Numbered from the stretch's first letter, positions 52,936 to 64,000 are shown. The stretch is DNA of 64,000 bases from Gloeobacterales cyanobacterium (GCA_038245785.1 JBBRSB010000013.1:47982-111981); one strand, 5' to 3'. The notes: generated by a model from the sequence alone, not told the origin. Translations and numbers: made by a program.

Positions 52936-53034
52936 ATGACCAATTTACTGACAGCAGCCTTTAGGAAGGCACAAAACTTACCGGACCCTATGCAAGATGA
53001 GCTTAGGCCAGAGTATGACTTAAAGCGTCTATAG
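52936..53034 (+). pseudogene. Possible truncated addiction-module antitoxin fragment
   Basis: MTNLLTAAFRKAQNLPDPMQDEL resembles the N-terminus of small antitoxins, then diverges and stops. Confidence 0.35.
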
Positions 53035-53247
53035 GTTAGACGATTGGGACCTGAACGCAAAAGCTTCGGAAGCACAACTGCTCCTCAACGATGCTGGACT
53101 CTATTAAGAACCTTGTGTATTACGTGTCGAAATTTCAGGCGTGACTAAGATGAAGCCACAGCAGGGATCGGAATAGGGCAGCGGGTGGCCAACAGCCCGA
53201 TAGAAAAATATTATTCCTCACTGCTGAAAAGATGATGCATCGTCCCT

Positions 53248-53273
53248 AGAGAGAGCCAATAGCTCTCTCTTTT
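53248..53273. terminator. Hairpin terminator between the fabG region and CP12
   Basis: AGAGAGAGC-CAATA-GCTCTCTCT-TTT. Confidence 0.6.
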
Positions 53274-53353
53274 GCCTTTATGGCCTAAACGAAAAAAGGA
53301 CCTATCTGTATTAGATAAGCCCTTTCCAAGAATAGAAGCCAGCATAGTTGAGC

Positions 53354-53575
53354 TTAGTCGTCGTAGACTCGGCATTCTAGAGCATCAGGATTATCATCAC
53401 AGTATTGCTCTAGAGAGTTTGGCTTGGTGGTGGTTGCCGCGTGAGCGCGGGCTGCTTGTAATTCTTCAACGTTGTCCCAAGCAACTGCACAGGCAGGAGA
53501 ATCAGGACCGCTATCTTCGCATGCTTTCTTTGCTTCTTCTTTTTCTTGTTGAATGAGCTTTTCGAAATCAGCCAT
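53354..53575 (-). CDS. cp12: Calvin cycle regulator CP12 (both Cys pairs)
   Basis: C......C.VAWD.VEEL and YCDDNPDALECRVYDD. Confidence 0.95.
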   Translation of the reverse strand: MADFEKLIQQEKEEAKKACEDSGPDSPACAVAWDNVEELQAARAHAATTTKPNSLEQYCDDNPDALECRVYDD

Positions 53576-53653
53576 GGGATTCCCCAAAAACATATTTACC
53601 TAGATACCAATATAAAGCTGATTTCTTCCGTAAGTCTGCAACGCTTGGGTCTT

Positions 53654-54730
53654 CTAAAGATGGTCTTTAGGATCGGAGAGTGATTTGCGCTCTTGAGACC
53701 TGCGCCAGGCGAGCCAGCTCATATACAGAAACAGCATGGTCCCGCCCGCCGTATAGGTAAGTCCGGCTTCCATTCCCGAAAGGGCTAGAGCCACGGTTCC
53801 GGCCCACAGAGTCAAGGCATAAATCCACAGAGTTGCAAAGCGCTGAGACAATCCAGCATCGAGAAGCTTGTGATGGAGATGGAGACGGTCTGGCTTGAAA
53901 GGAGATTGTCCCTTACTCAAACGCTGAATAATCACAGAAGCCGTGTCCACAATCGGCACCGCCAGAATCAAGAAAGGAAGCAGGATAGCGACAGTAGTTA
54001 CAACTTTGACGACTCCTATTACGGAAAGTCCGGCGAGAAGGAATCCAAGGAAATACGCTCCTCCATCGCCCATAAATATCTGGGCTGGGTTGAAGTTGTA
54101 GCGCAAAAATCCTAGCGTTGCGCCCACGATAGCAGCGGCAATAAGAGCGGCGGCCCACTGCTGAGTGAGGGCCGCTACAGAAAAGGTTATCGCTGCGGCA
54201 ATCCCAGAGACTCCAGCGGCAAGACCATCCAAACCATCAATGAAATTGATTGCATTGGTCACCCCACACAGCCAAATCAGCGTGATCGGCAAGCTCAAGA
54301 GTCCTAACTGCACAACGCCAAACCCAGGAAGCGTGATCGCTTCTATTTGGACGCCCACGTACCAGGCTCCCCCTGCGATTAGGAACTGAGCTGTCAGGCG
54401 AGGTAAAGCTGGGAGCGTTAACAGATCATCCGCCAGTCCCAGGAAGAAGAATAGAACTCCACCGATGGTGACGCCCCAGATTCCTAGCTCTTCCTTATGC
54501 GGCAGGGTCCCAAACCATCCCAAGCCCCATATCCCTAGCAGAGCAATAACTACCCCAGCAAAGATAGAAACACCCCCCAGTCTCACCATGGGGGCTTTGT
54601 GAATCTTGCGAGGGTCCGGTTTGTCTACTACTCCAGCTGTGAGGGCTGCAGCCTTAACCGTGGGCGTCGTCCAAAGAACGATGACTGCGGCGGTGAGGAA
54701 GGCTACCAGGCAAGGGATAAGTGGATTCAT
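53654..54730 (-). CDS. MraY/WecA/TagO-family polyprenyl-phosphate GlcNAc-1-P transferase
   Basis: RKIH, DD, NAINFIDGLDGLA, IFMGDGG and HLHH. Confidence 0.92.
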   Translation of the reverse strand: MNPLIPCLVAFLTAAVIVLWTTPTVKAAALTAGVVDKPDPRKIHKAPMVRLGGVSIFAGVVIALLGIWGLGWFGTLPHKEELGIWGVTIGGVLFFFLGLADDLLTLPALPRLTAQFLIAGGAWYVGVQIEAITLPGFGVVQLGLLSLPITLIWLCGVTNAINFIDGLDGLAAGVSGIAAAITFSVAALTQQWAAALIAAAIVGATLGFLRYNFNPAQIFMGDGGAYFLGFLLAGLSVIGVVKVVTTVAILLPFLILAVPIVDTASVIIQRLSKGQSPFKPDRLHLHHKLLDAGLSQRFATLWIYALTLWAGTVALALSGMEAGLTYTAGGTMLFLYMSWLAWRRSQERKSLSDPKDHL

Positions 54731-54736
54731 GAGCAC

Positions 54737-56020
54737 CTACACTGGAGCGGGTTCAGCATATTGCAGATGGGGGTAGAGGGGGAATCGTTCACAGAGTGTG
54801 ACTACCTGTTCCTTGCAATGGCGGATGACGGCATCGTCCTCAGGAGACTGTAGCAAATCCGCAATGATATCGCCGATATGCTCAAATTCAGAGTTACCCA
54901 ATCCACGGGTTGTCATGGCAGGAGTTCCCAAGCGGATGCCAGAAGTAACGAAAGGAGATTCTGTATCGTAGGGAATCGTGTTTTTATTCACTGTAATATT
55001 GGCTTGCCCAAGCAGTGCTTCTGCCTTTTTACCCGTCAAGCCCTTGTTCCGAAGATCCACAGACATCAGGTGATTATCTGTACCGCCCGATACCAGATTG
55101 CAATCTCGTTCGATTAAACGGGCTGCCAGAGCCTTGCTGTTGGCAATAATATTGCCGCAATAAGCTCTAAATTCAGGTTTTAAGGCTTCTCCAAAAGCCA
55201 CAGCCTTCCCAGCAATCACATGTTCCAGAGGACCACCCTGAGTTCCAGGAAATACCGCTTTGTTAAATTGCTTGCCGAGCTCTTCCTCATTGGTGAGAAT
55301 CAAGCCACCTCTAGGTCCGCGCAATGTTTTATGGGTAGTGGTCGTGACCACATGACAGTGAGGAATCGGATTGGGATGATGACCTGTAGCCACTAAACCG
55401 GCAATGTGCGCAATATCAGCCATCAAGTAAGCACCCACTTCATCCGCGATCGCCCGGAACCGCTCGAAATCAATCAGGCGAGAGTAGGCAGAATAGCCAC
55501 AGATAATCAACTTAGGGCGTTCTTCAATCGCTAATTTGCGAACCAAATCAAAATCAATGCGCTGGGTTTCTTTGTCTACCCCGTAGTGAATCGCGCGGAA
55601 GTAAATCCCGGATGAGTTCACCGGAGAACCATGGGTTAGATGTCCTCCGTGGGAGAGGTCCATGCCCAGAATTGTATCGCCTGGCTTCAGTAAGGTCAGA
55701 AAAACGGCTGCATTGGCTTGAGCCCCGGAGTGAGGCTGGACATTGGCCATGGCACAGCCAAATAGTTCTTTCGCCCGCTCAATGGCAATGGTTTCAATTT
55801 CATCAACAAATTCACAACCGCCGTAATAGCGCTTGCCCGGTAAACCCTCGGCGTACTTATTGGTGAGAACAGACCCTTGGGCTGCCATCACCTGAGGAGA
55901 GGTGAAGTTTTCGCTGGCGATCAGCTCTAGGTGAGTGCGCTGACGAATTAGTTCTCGCTCTATCCATTTGAATACAAGGGGGTCTCCCTGACGCAACAAG
56001 TCTTCATTGGTCACAGGCAA
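54737..56020 (-). CDS. glyA: Serine hydroxymethyltransferase
   Basis: LIASENF, NKYAEG.PG.RYYGG, QPHSG, GGHLTHG and [16 protein letters not shown] start. Confidence 0.98.
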   Translation of the reverse strand: MPVTNEDLLRQGDPLVFKWIERELIRQRTHLELIASENFTSPQVMAAQGSVLTNKYAEGLPGKRYYGGCEFVDEIETIAIERAKELFGCAMANVQPHSGAQANAAVFLTLLKPGDTILGMDLSHGGHLTHGSPVNSSGIYFRAIHYGVDKETQRIDFDLVRKLAIEERPKLIICGYSAYSRLIDFERFRAIADEVGAYLMADIAHIAGLVATGHHPNPIPHCHVVTTTTHKTLRGPRGGLILTNEEELGKQFNKAVFPGTQGGPLEHVIAGKAVAFGEALKPEFRAYCGNIIANSKALAARLIERDCNLVSGGTDNHLMSVDLRNKGLTGKKAEALLGQANITVNKNTIPYDTESPFVTSGIRLGTPAMTTRGLGNSEFEHIGDIIADLLQSPEDDAVIRHCKEQVVTLCERFPLYPHLQYAEPAPV

Positions 56021-56291
56021 TACCTAAAGCTTTTTAAATTCAGAGACTATCGTAGCACTCTAACTAGGACTGGTTTTCATCCACTTTTCCGACTTGATCG
56101 GACTTGCTCGGAACGCTCAGGGGCCTATAGGAGCCAAAAATGACTTTCCTCTTGATTGCCAAGGCTCTGCACCTCCCAAAAGTTTTAAGTTTTTACCAGC
56201 TGTCCATTGAGTGAGTGCTTATCTCTAGATGCGAATCCTATTTGGTCAGCCATAGCTGTAATAGACTGGATGGGACTAGATACTTTTACTC

Positions 56292-57419
56292 ATGAACGAG
56301 CCAATTGACTTAGGGAATAGTTTTGCCGAAGCGGTAGCAGGATTGGGAATTCCTGCAGATGTAGCCAGGGTTCTCTGGATGCCCATCCCCATGTTGGTGG
56401 TGATTCTTAGTGTTTCGGTTGCCGTTTTGCTATCGGTATGGGCAGAGCGCAAATGGTCCGCCTATATGCAGCAGCGATTGGGGCCTACCGTAGCCGGGCT
56501 GAATGGATTTATGCAGGGGGTGGCCGATGGTGCCAAACTTTTGGTCAAAGAAGATATCATTCCCCGAAAAGGCGATGCCTGGCTCTTCACGATTGGTCCG
56601 ACGGTGATCATTATTCCCGTTTTCTTTGCCTACTTAGTGATTCCCTTTGGACAAGGCTTAGTGATTTCGGACCTCTCGATTGGCATCTTTTTCTTTGTCG
56701 CTATCTCCAGCGTTGCTCCGATTGGGGCGCTGATGGCTGGTTATGCCTCCAACAACAAGTACGCGCTTCTGGGAGGGCTCAGAGCTGCTGCCCAAGGCAT
56801 CAGCTATGAATTGCCGCTAGCACTTTCGATTTTGTCGATCGTGATGATGAGCAATTCTCTTTCCACCGTGGATATTGTCAATATGCAGAGCACCCACGGC
56901 ATCCTTTCCTGGAATATCTTCAAACCGATCGTCGGTCAAATTGGCTTTGTAATTTTCTTGATTTCGGCCTTAGCAGAAACTGAACGCGCGCCCTTTGACC
57001 TTCCGGAAGCAGAATCCGAGCTTGTCCAAGGACACCACACAGAATATTCCGGCATGAAGTTTGCCCTGTTTTACTTGGCTGAGTACGCCAACCTCGTTTT
57101 GGGCTCTCTCGTTGCTTCGCTTCTGTTCTTGGGAGGTTGGTCCTTCATTGTCCCCCTCAATACCGTAGCCAATCTTCTGGGCATCGACCCGCTCAATCCA
57201 GCTTTTCAAGTCTTTTCGGCCCTTTTGGGCATCGTCATGACCATTGCCAAGGCCACGATTTTTGTCTTTCTGGCGATCTTGGCCCGTTGGACGCTGCCCC
57301 GTGTCAGAATTGACCAGCTCTTAGACCTTGGCTGGAAGTTTTTGCTGCCTGTTGCTCTGTTCAATCTTCTGCTGACCGCAGCCTTTAAGCTCGCAGTACC
57401 TGCATTCTTCGGTGGTTAG
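56292..57419 (+). CDS. ndhA: NDH-1 subunit 1 (NdhA/NuoH)
   Basis: [30 protein letters not shown] and R.RIDQLL.LGWK. Confidence 0.96.
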   Translation: MNEPIDLGNSFAEAVAGLGIPADVARVLWMPIPMLVVILSVSVAVLLSVWAERKWSAYMQQRLGPTVAGLNGFMQGVADGAKLLVKEDIIPRKGDAWLFTIGPTVIIIPVFFAYLVIPFGQGLVISDLSIGIFFFVAISSVAPIGALMAGYASNNKYALLGGLRAAAQGISYELPLALSILSIVMMSNSLSTVDIVNMQSTHGILSWNIFKPIVGQIGFVIFLISALAETERAPFDLPEAESELVQGHHTEYSGMKFALFYLAEYANLVLGSLVASLLFLGGWSFIVPLNTVANLLGIDPLNPAFQVFSALLGIVMTIAKATIFVFLAILARWTLPRVRIDQLLDLGWKFLLPVALFNLLLTAAFKLAVPAFFGG

Positions 57420-57514
57420 CAGCCTATATTCAGCCAAAAGGTGGATATTTGAGAAAAAATCGTATGCTCTGGTTGCAGAGCTTCTAAAATAAATAGATAA
57501 GTAGAAGGTGCTCC

Positions 57515-58657
57515 GTGTCACTACGCAAAGGTTTTGAGGTCGAACTATACACTGGCTTTCCTGATGGCCAAGTTATAGGACTCTCCGACAAAGTCGTAGA
57601 TATATTGCCTCATTTCATGCGAGAGCCTGACAGCCGCAATGTGGAATATATAACCCCACCTCTATTTGACTATCGAGAACTGCTGTGTGCGCTCTTAAAA
57701 CCCCGCAAGCAGCTGCGTCAGACCCTCAGCGATTTAGGTGGCTACACTATCATTCCAGGGAGTACACTGCCGCTTAAAGGAGCTTCTCTCCAGTTCCAGC
57801 GTTCTGATCCTCAAAATCCTTATCACGACCGCATTGAGCAAGCCTATGGTACGCGCGTAGTAACGGCCAGCATCCATATCAATTTTGGAATTACAGATCC
57901 AGAACTGGTTCTCAAAGCCTGCCGCTTGTTGCGCCTAGAAGCACCAATAGTTCTAGCTCTGAGCGCTTCTTCACCTTTTCTGGATGGAGCGCCCACAGGC
58001 TATCACTCCAGTCGCTGGGGGCTTTTCCCAAAGACGCCGGAGCATGTACCGCTCTTCACCAGTCATCAGAACTACATTGATTGGGTGCAGCAGCAGCTCG
58101 CTCTAGGGACGATGTGGAATGTCCGCCACCTGTGGTCCTCCGTCCGTCCCAATGGTTCAGACCGTCCGTTCCGCGTGGATCGAGCAGAGTTGCGCATCTC
58201 TGATTTAATTATTGACCCCCGAGTACTCTTGGGAATGACGCTTCTTTTAGAACATCGACTGCTGGCTTTGCTGTCCGGCAATATCCCTGACCCGTTGGAG
58301 TCTAAGCATTTTACGCCAGACGAACTGGTGGAAATTACCACACAGAATGAAGTTCAAGCAGCACGCTACAGTCTGGATGCTCCCTTGGTCCATTGGCAGA
58401 CCGGAGAGACTTTGACAGCAAGGACCTGGGCTAATCAGTGGTTAGAAGATATAGATTTTAAAGCCCTATCGAAGGATGAGCAGTCGTTCTTGGAAGCCGT
58501 CAAGCAAGTACTGGTTGGAGGCAATGAGGCCATGCGCTGGCTAGGCCAGTACAAGTTAGGACTTTCTGTACCGCAGATTGTGCAAGAAGCGATTCAGTCC
58601 TGTAAGGAACAGGAAGAAGAGTTGACCTGCCGTCTTTGTACAGAACTTTTACATTAG
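57515..58657 (+). CDS. gshA: Glutamate--cysteine ligase (cyanobacterial type)
   Basis: KGFEVE.YTG, EPD.RNVEY.T, TAS.HIN, RHLWSSVRPNG and ELRI.D. Confidence 0.92.
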   Translation: MSLRKGFEVELYTGFPDGQVIGLSDKVVDILPHFMREPDSRNVEYITPPLFDYRELLCALLKPRKQLRQTLSDLGGYTIIPGSTLPLKGASLQFQRSDPQNPYHDRIEQAYGTRVVTASIHINFGITDPELVLKACRLLRLEAPIVLALSASSPFLDGAPTGYHSSRWGLFPKTPEHVPLFTSHQNYIDWVQQQLALGTMWNVRHLWSSVRPNGSDRPFRVDRAELRISDLIIDPRVLLGMTLLLEHRLLALLSGNIPDPLESKHFTPDELVEITTQNEVQAARYSLDAPLVHWQTGETLTARTWANQWLEDIDFKALSKDEQSFLEAVKQVLVGGNEAMRWLGQYKLGLSVPQIVQEAIQSCKEQEEELTCRLCTELLH

Positions 58658-58737
58658 GGCGTTGTGCAGAAGACATAATACGTATAATTTTAAATATATT
58701 CTGCTGTATACCTCTATAAAGTTGATGTAAACAGGAA

Positions 58738-59454
58738 ATGCAGTCAAAAATTCCTGCCCAGGAACTGGCTAGAGCCTTGTTCGAGTTAATAACTCAAGCT
58801 AGAGAGCAGGAACCCCTTCTGGCTAAGTGGCTTATAGCCCTAACTACCTGGATGCGTGACTGGGATTCTGGACGACTACGCTCTAAAAAATATTTACTGG
58901 CGGTACTGACGGAGATCTCTATTTTTGCCGAGCGTTGGCTGCTGCTTAAGCAGTTAGATCCATCGACGCAAGAACGGTTTTTAGAGAAACTCAATCCCGC
59001 TGAACGCTACTACATTCAAGTTCTATTTCCACTATGGTTACAGGAAAGAAACCCAAAGCTGACGATCTGGAAAAAAAAGTTGATATCAGGAAAGCTTGAA
59101 CCAAGCGTTGCCCATTTCAATCAAAAACTACACCGCCAGATCCAACAACAAGGAGGCTACAGTATCCATCCCCTGCTGACCGATTGGTGGATGAATACGA
59201 GCCTAATTGCAGGCTTTAGAAAGGATCAGTGCCTATGTGTGCAGCTGACTACCCTACGCGGAAATGATCTCCAAGACAAGCTCATCGAATGGGAAAAAAT
59301 ACTGTGGCACTGCGGCATCAACCGTGGGTTACTGATAAGCTACGACCCAGATCTAGAGAGCACGCTTGATCTGGCTGACCTTATTCTTTCAGCCAGTAAA
59401 ACACTGGGTGTTGGGCAGTACCGTGTCTTAATGCAGAATCCAACGCGAGCCTAA
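58738..59454 (+). CDS. Hypothetical protein (possible nuclease-like fold)
   Basis: 238-aa ORF; C-terminal D...CVQLT segment. Confidence 0.6.
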   Translation: MQSKIPAQELARALFELITQAREQEPLLAKWLIALTTWMRDWDSGRLRSKKYLLAVLTEISIFAERWLLLKQLDPSTQERFLEKLNPAERYYIQVLFPLWLQERNPKLTIWKKKLISGKLEPSVAHFNQKLHRQIQQQGGYSIHPLLTDWWMNTSLIAGFRKDQCLCVQLTTLRGNDLQDKLIEWEKILWHCGINRGLLISYDPDLESTLDLADLILSASKTLGVGQYRVLMQNPTRA

Positions 59455-59456
59455 CT

Positions 59457-59702
59457 ATGGAAGAACACGGCTCCGAACAGACAGCCACAACTCTCTATGC
59501 GCAACTTTTGAACAACTTAGAGGCAGGAAAAAATTTAGGTGATGCCCTACTAGCACAGGGCGAGGAAGCTATGGATATCTTCTTCTTAGATCCGCAGGGA
59601 GATTGGATCAAAGCATTGCCTTCCTCGAAAGAGAACCTCGTCCGTAAACTGCTCCGACGCTATGCACCGTTTATTAAGCTTGGTCCCGCACCTTTACGAT
59701 AA
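59457..59702 (+). CDS. Small hypothetical protein coupled to the upstream ORF
   Basis: 81 aa, starting 2 bp after the upstream stop. Confidence 0.6.
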   Translation: MEEHGSEQTATTLYAQLLNNLEAGKNLGDALLAQGEEAMDIFFLDPQGDWIKALPSSKENLVRKLLRRYAPFIKLGPAPLR

Positions 59703-59773
59703 GATACTTGGCTAAAATCACAACCAAGGCAACGGTCCGCTAAACTAAACCTGAGATGCAATAGAGTTTTGAT

Positions 59774-60010
59774 ATGGCTACTCCTCTAAAAAAGGGCTCT
59801 GCGGTAAGAGCTGTTCGTGCAAATTTGACAGGGACCTTTGCCCAAGCCAACGATACCCGCTGGCCAGACTTCATTTTCAAGACCGATGGTGAAATCTTAG
59901 AATTGAAGGGTGACTATGCCCTGATTAAGTTTGGTGCCGTCCCGACGCCTCCCACTTGGTTTCCCCTGGCCTACTTGGTAGATGTAGCAGATCTCTCCCA
60001 AACGAGTTGA
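59774..60010 (+). CDS. ndhO: NDH-1 subunit O
   Basis: LKKG..VR, A.D.RWP.FIF...GEI, and K.DYA.IKF..VPTP..W. Confidence 0.9.
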   Translation: MATPLKKGSAVRAVRANLTGTFAQANDTRWPDFIFKTDGEILELKGDYALIKFGAVPTPPTWFPLAYLVDVADLSQTS

Positions 60011-60069
60011 TTCGGTACACGTAATACCGAAAATCGGGCAGAATAATAAAGCTTTGATGGACCTAACCT

Positions 60070-61161
60070 GTGACCGTCACCCCTGTGCGTGTTGAGAGCA
60101 ACAGTTGGCCGGGACTTATCCGCCACTACAAAGACTATTTGCCCGTTACCGAGCGGACACCTGTAGTCACGCTTAGAGAAGGGAATACACCGCTCATTCC
60201 AGCCCTCAGCATCTCCAAGCGGATCGGTCGTGATGTGCAGGTCTGGCTCAAATACGACGGACTAAACCCCACAGGCTCCTTCAAAGACCGAGGGATGACC
60301 GTAGCAGTTTCCAAAGCAAAAGAAGCTGGATCGGAAGCAGTCGTCTGTGCTAGTACGGGAAATACTTCTGCATCGGCAGCGGCCTATGCCAGTCGCGCAG
60401 GCATGAAAGCTTTTGTTCTAATTCCAGAAGGCTATGTCGCGCTCGGTAAGCTGGCCCAAGCCTTGATGTATGGAGCTGAAGTAATCGCCATCGATGGTAA
60501 CTTCGACAAAGCGTTGCAGTTGGTCCGGCATTTATCCGAGGAATATCCAATTACTTTAGTGAACTCGGTCAATCCCTACCGTTTAGATGGTCAGAAGACC
60601 GCTGCCTTTGAGGTGTGTGAGCAGTTGGGGACTGCCCCAGATTGGTTATGCATCCCGGTAGGGAATGCTGGAAATATCACCGCCTATTGGATGGGCTTTT
60701 GTATCTATTGGCAGGAGCGCAAAATCCGCCACCGCCCAAAGATGTTCGGCTTTGAAGCTGCTGGAGCGGCCTCTTTGTTAAACGGGGAATACACACCTGT
60801 AGAACATCCAGAAACGATTGCCACGGCAATTCGGATTGGCAGTCCGGCCAATGCGACGCGGGCGCTAGCGATCGCTAAAGCCAGCGAGGGTGGTATCTAT
60901 GCTGTGACCGATGACGAAATCTTGGATGCCTATCGTCTTTTAGCGAAGGAAGAAGGGGTATTCTGTGAACCCGCCAGCGCCGCTTCGGTAGCTGGTTTGC
61001 TCAAGCGGGCTGCTCTATTGCCCGAAGGAGCACAGGTAGTTTGCGTACTAACAGGCAATGGTTTGAAAGACCCTGACACGGCCATTTCTGCCGCCCGGAG
61101 CGAAGTTCATCGTCATGTCAAACCTGAAGCTTTAGAAGTAGCACGGGCTATGGGATTTTAA
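60070..61161 (+). CDS. thrC: Threonine synthase
   Basis: [41 protein letters not shown] and TGNGLKDP. Confidence 0.96.
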   Translation: MTVTPVRVESNSWPGLIRHYKDYLPVTERTPVVTLREGNTPLIPALSISKRIGRDVQVWLKYDGLNPTGSFKDRGMTVAVSKAKEAGSEAVVCASTGNTSASAAAYASRAGMKAFVLIPEGYVALGKLAQALMYGAEVIAIDGNFDKALQLVRHLSEEYPITLVNSVNPYRLDGQKTAAFEVCEQLGTAPDWLCIPVGNAGNITAYWMGFCIYWQERKIRHRPKMFGFEAAGAASLLNGEYTPVEHPETIATAIRIGSPANATRALAIAKASEGGIYAVTDDEILDAYRLLAKEEGVFCEPASAASVAGLLKRAALLPEGAQVVCVLTGNGLKDPDTAISAARSEVHRHVKPEALEVARAMGF

Positions 61162-61198
61162 TCCGTATAATGTGCGATAGAACCTGGGACTGGGGGTA

Positions 61199-62191
61199 TT
61201 GATTGTGGAAAAGGTTGGCGTTTTATTGATGAACCTGGGCGGGCCCGAAAAGCCAGAGGATGTACGCCCCTTTTTGTACAATCTGTTCGCTGACCCTGAA
61301 ATTATCCGCATTCCCGTTAAACCTCTGCAAAAACCGCTTGCTTGGGTGATTTCCACCGCTCGCGCGCCTAAGTCCCAGAAAAACTATGCTGCTATCGGCG
61401 GCGGTTCTCCTCTGAAAGCGATCACGAACCAACAGGGCCGTGTTCTAAAGAAGGCACTGGCCGCCAGAGGAGTGGAGGCCAATATTTATTTAGGCATGCG
61501 CTATTGGCATCCCTTTGTGAGCGAAACCTTGGCACAGGTTAAAAAAGATGGCATCACCCAACTTGTAGCCTTGCCGCTCTATCCCCACTACTCAATTTCC
61601 ACCAGTGGTTCTAGCCTCAAAGAATTAGAACAGCTTTGGGCTCAAGATCCAGAGCTCCAAAAAATTCGGCGGATTGATATCGGTTCTTGGTATGACCGTC
61701 CTGGTTATGTGAAAGCGATGGCCGACTTGATTCGCCAGGCATTAGCGAAGTGTGATCGTCCGAAGGAAGTCCAACTCTTCTTCTCCGCTCATGGCGTTCC
61801 GAAGACCTATGTGACGGTGGATGGCGACCCCTATCAAAAGGAAATTGAAGATTCTGTTCGTCTAATTATTAACGAGTTAGCTTTACCCAACGGGTTTACC
61901 TTAGCTTACCAAAGCAAAGTTGGCCCGGTCGAATGGCTCAAACCCTACACCGAAGATTCCATCGTTAAGTTAGCTCAGGGCGGAACAAAGTCTCTACTCG
62001 TGATTCCAATTAGCTTTGTTTCCGAACACATCGAAACGCTGCAAGAAATTGATATCGAATACAAAGAAGTAGCCGAAGAAGCTGGTATTCACAACTTCCG
62101 CCGTGTTCGTGCTTTGAATATTGATCCCACCTTTATCAATGACTTGGCTGACATGGTCTGTGACAAATTGAGTGCAGGCCAGGTGGCTTGA
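61199..62191 (+). CDS. hemH: Ferrochelatase lacking the C-terminal CAB domain
   Basis: NLGGP, GGGSPL, MRYWHP, LYPHYS, SAHGVP, YQSKVGP.EWL.P and SEHIETL.EID; ends at 330 aa. Confidence 0.96.
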   Translation: MIVEKVGVLLMNLGGPEKPEDVRPFLYNLFADPEIIRIPVKPLQKPLAWVISTARAPKSQKNYAAIGGGSPLKAITNQQGRVLKKALAARGVEANIYLGMRYWHPFVSETLAQVKKDGITQLVALPLYPHYSISTSGSSLKELEQLWAQDPELQKIRRIDIGSWYDRPGYVKAMADLIRQALAKCDRPKEVQLFFSAHGVPKTYVTVDGDPYQKEIEDSVRLIINELALPNGFTLAYQSKVGPVEWLKPYTEDSIVKLAQGGTKSLLVIPISFVSEHIETLQEIDIEYKEVAEEAGIHNFRRVRALNIDPTFINDLADMVCDKLSAGQVA

Positions 62192-62613
62192 AATTTAATA
62201 TTGCTATCTTTGACATGTTGAAGGGCATAGTCCATAGATAGTAAGGCTCTCCCGTTTAGCACCATGTCCTTTGCCTATTTTGTGCTAACGATGGTCAAGT
62301 TGATGGGCAATGAAACCTTAGCTCGATCGCAGGCTGTGGTAATGGCATTGCGTTGGGGCAACTGAACTATTTTCGTAACCTCTTTGTGCTAGTAGCGTAG
62401 CTATTGGCGTTGAAAGCGGTTTCGGTTCACTGTTGAAGATTGGCGATCGCCTTGCATCTTCAAGCCTTTGGTTATATCTAATTAAGATCCATATCGTAAT
62501 TAATTAATTCATGCAGAAGTCAAACATTAGTCTTTCAAAGTAGTAAGTAAGCTCAAACTTGTATTCAATGTCAGTTGCGATCGCGATCCACCAACCCCAT
62601 TAAAGGCGTACAC

Positions 62614-63321
62614 ATGACAACAAACGTAAAACTTTCACCAGCAAAACAATTGGCAGAGAAAAACGGCGTACGGTTTCCTAACGAAAGCAGCGAATACCGG
62701 ATGGCACGCGATTTATTGCTTGCCGAGGAGATTGAGCTGCGGCGTCATATCGAACGAGTAGCTGAGCAGCGCCGTGCGTTGCCGCCAGGTGGTGAGGTGA
62801 AAAAAACCTACCGATTTGAAAGCGAATCCGGGTCGGTGAACTTTACCGACCTGTTTGGCGACAAACAGACGCTTGCCATCTACAGCTATATGTACGGGCC
62901 GCAACGCGATCGACCATGCCCAATGTGCACCTCGCTGCTTTCTGCCTGGGACGGTGAGGTGAAGGATGTGGAGCAGCGCATTGCTTTGGTGGCGCTCGCT
63001 CGCTCCCCAATTCAACGGCTCGTCGCCTTCAAGCAGGAACGCGGCTGGCGCAATCTCAAGATTTGTTCGGATGTAAGCGGTGATTCTACCTGAGACTATG
63101 TGAGTGCCGAAGATGCGGACATGCCGGGGTTCAATGTCTTTACCCGCCGCGACGGGGTAATCCGCCACTTTTGGAGCGGCGAAATGGGGGGAGTGACTGC
63201 CGACCCTGGACAAGATCCGCGCGGCGCACCCGACCTCGCACCATTATGGAATATCTTCGATTGTACGCCTGAGGGTCGTGGTGCTGACTGGTATCCTCAG
63301 CTTGAATATCCAGAACCATAG
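62614..63321 (+). pseudogene. DUF899 (thioredoxin-like) protein interrupted by an in-frame TGA at 63091
   Basis: FPNES.EYR.AR..LL.EEIELRR, RR.LPPG and CPMCT; the same frame resumes after TGA (DYVSAEDADMPG...RHFWSGE..DPRGAPD...LWN..D.TPEGRG.DWYP). Confidence 0.85.
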
Positions 63322-63386
63322 CCATTAAAATCCACTTATTAGGACAACATCATGAAAATTGACTACTTGTACGCAGCCATATTCCA

Positions 63387-64000
63387 ATGACTCCCACCAT
63401 CACCGCCTTTGAACAGTCACCAGATCGCGGCAAGGGACTGGCGCGTGACATGCGCGTTCGCTGGGCGCTTGAAGAAGTGAACCAGCCTTACGACGTTCGT
63501 CTTGTTTCGTTCAGTGAGATGAAGGAACCAGCGCATCGTGCGCTTCATCCTTTCGGGCAGATTCCGACCTATGAAGAAGGCAATCTTGCTCTGTTCGAGT
63601 CGGGGGCGATTGTGTTCCATATCGCACAGCGCCATGCGGGCCTGCTGCCAGAAGATGCGAATGCCCGGGCTCGCGCGATCACCTGGATATTTGCCGCGCT
63701 CAACACGGTGGAGCCGCCGATCGTTGAGCGCGAACAGGTCCCGTACTTGGAGCGCGAAAAACCCTGGTATAAGGAGCGCCTCCCTATCCTCGATGATCGC
63801 GTCCGTGGCCGGCTGGACGACCTTTCCAGCCGGCTTGGCGACGCCGAATGGCTCGATGGCGCATTCAGCGCAGGTGACTTGATGATGGTGATGGTGCTGC
63901 GCAGGCTGGACGGATCAGGGATATTGGAGGAGTATTCGAACCTCTCCGCCTACGTCGCTCGGGGCGAAGCGCGCCCCCCCTACAAGCGTGCTTTCGACGC
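63387..64000 (+). CDS. Glutathione S-transferase family protein (runs off window end; absent from ORF track)
   Basis: MTPTITAFEQSPDRGKGLARDMRVRWALEE...HPFGQIPTYEEG..LFESGAIV..IA; GC-rich. Confidence 0.9.
   Translation, partial: MTPTITAFEQSPDRGKGLARDMRVRWALEEVNQPYDVRLVSFSEMKEPAHRALHPFGQIPTYEEGNLALFESGAIVFHIAQRHAGLLPEDANARARAITWIFAALNTVEPPIVEREQVPYLEREKPWYKERLPILDDRVRGRLDDLSSRLGDAEWLDGAFSAGDLMMVMVLRRLDGSGILEEYSNLSAYVARGEARPPYKRAFD

Noticed and set aside
56089..56120. Short 10-bp tandem repeats upstream of ndhA (GACTTGATCG GACTTGCTCG)
   Set aside because: Too short and degenerate to assign a function.
62200..62470. Possible gene fragment (LARSQAVVMALRWGQLNYF) downstream of hemH
   Set aside because: I could not identify the family and there is no intact ORF.
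63091..63093. In-frame TGA in DUF899 as a selenocysteine codon
   Set aside because: It is not at the CxxC redox site. The context (TRDY in homologs, as I recall) implies Arg CGA>TGA, and I saw no obvious SECIS hairpin.

Overview
This is a 64-kb chromosomal window from a cyanobacterium: chlB, ndhA, ndhO, CP12, ycf65/PSRP-3 and NtcA boxes are present. It is probably a basal lineage (Gloeobacterales-like, by inference), because the ferrochelatase lacks the CAB domain, there is a divergent PII paralog, HIP1 is scarce and ndhA stands alone. Most of the window is housekeeping (apt, lgt, queA, recO, rpmB, ftsH, frr, ilvE, pyrG, fabG, glyA, gshA, thrC, hemH), plus tRNA-Arg(CCG) and a yybP-ykoY Mn riboswitch upstream of terC/alx. 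Several features are missed by the ORF track. (1) A 2Fe-2S ferredoxin gene is split in two by a ~2.75-kb insert carrying a GC-rich katG bracketed by two mini transposon relics. (2) A scar of a deleted type I-D CRISPR-Cas locus remains: one degenerate repeat fused to the 3' half of a WYL gene, next to an intact HEPN-MNT toxin-antitoxin pair. (3) A DUF559 nuclease ORF begins and ends in inverted GC-rich palindromic repeats, and related dispersed ~75-bp palindromic elements occur elsewhere. (4) An empty att-like duplication lies at tRNA-Arg. (5) A divergent PII gene has two NtcA boxes. (6) There are candidate sRNAs or leader RNAs upstream of frr and ycf65. All calls were made by eye from motifs; no database searches were run.
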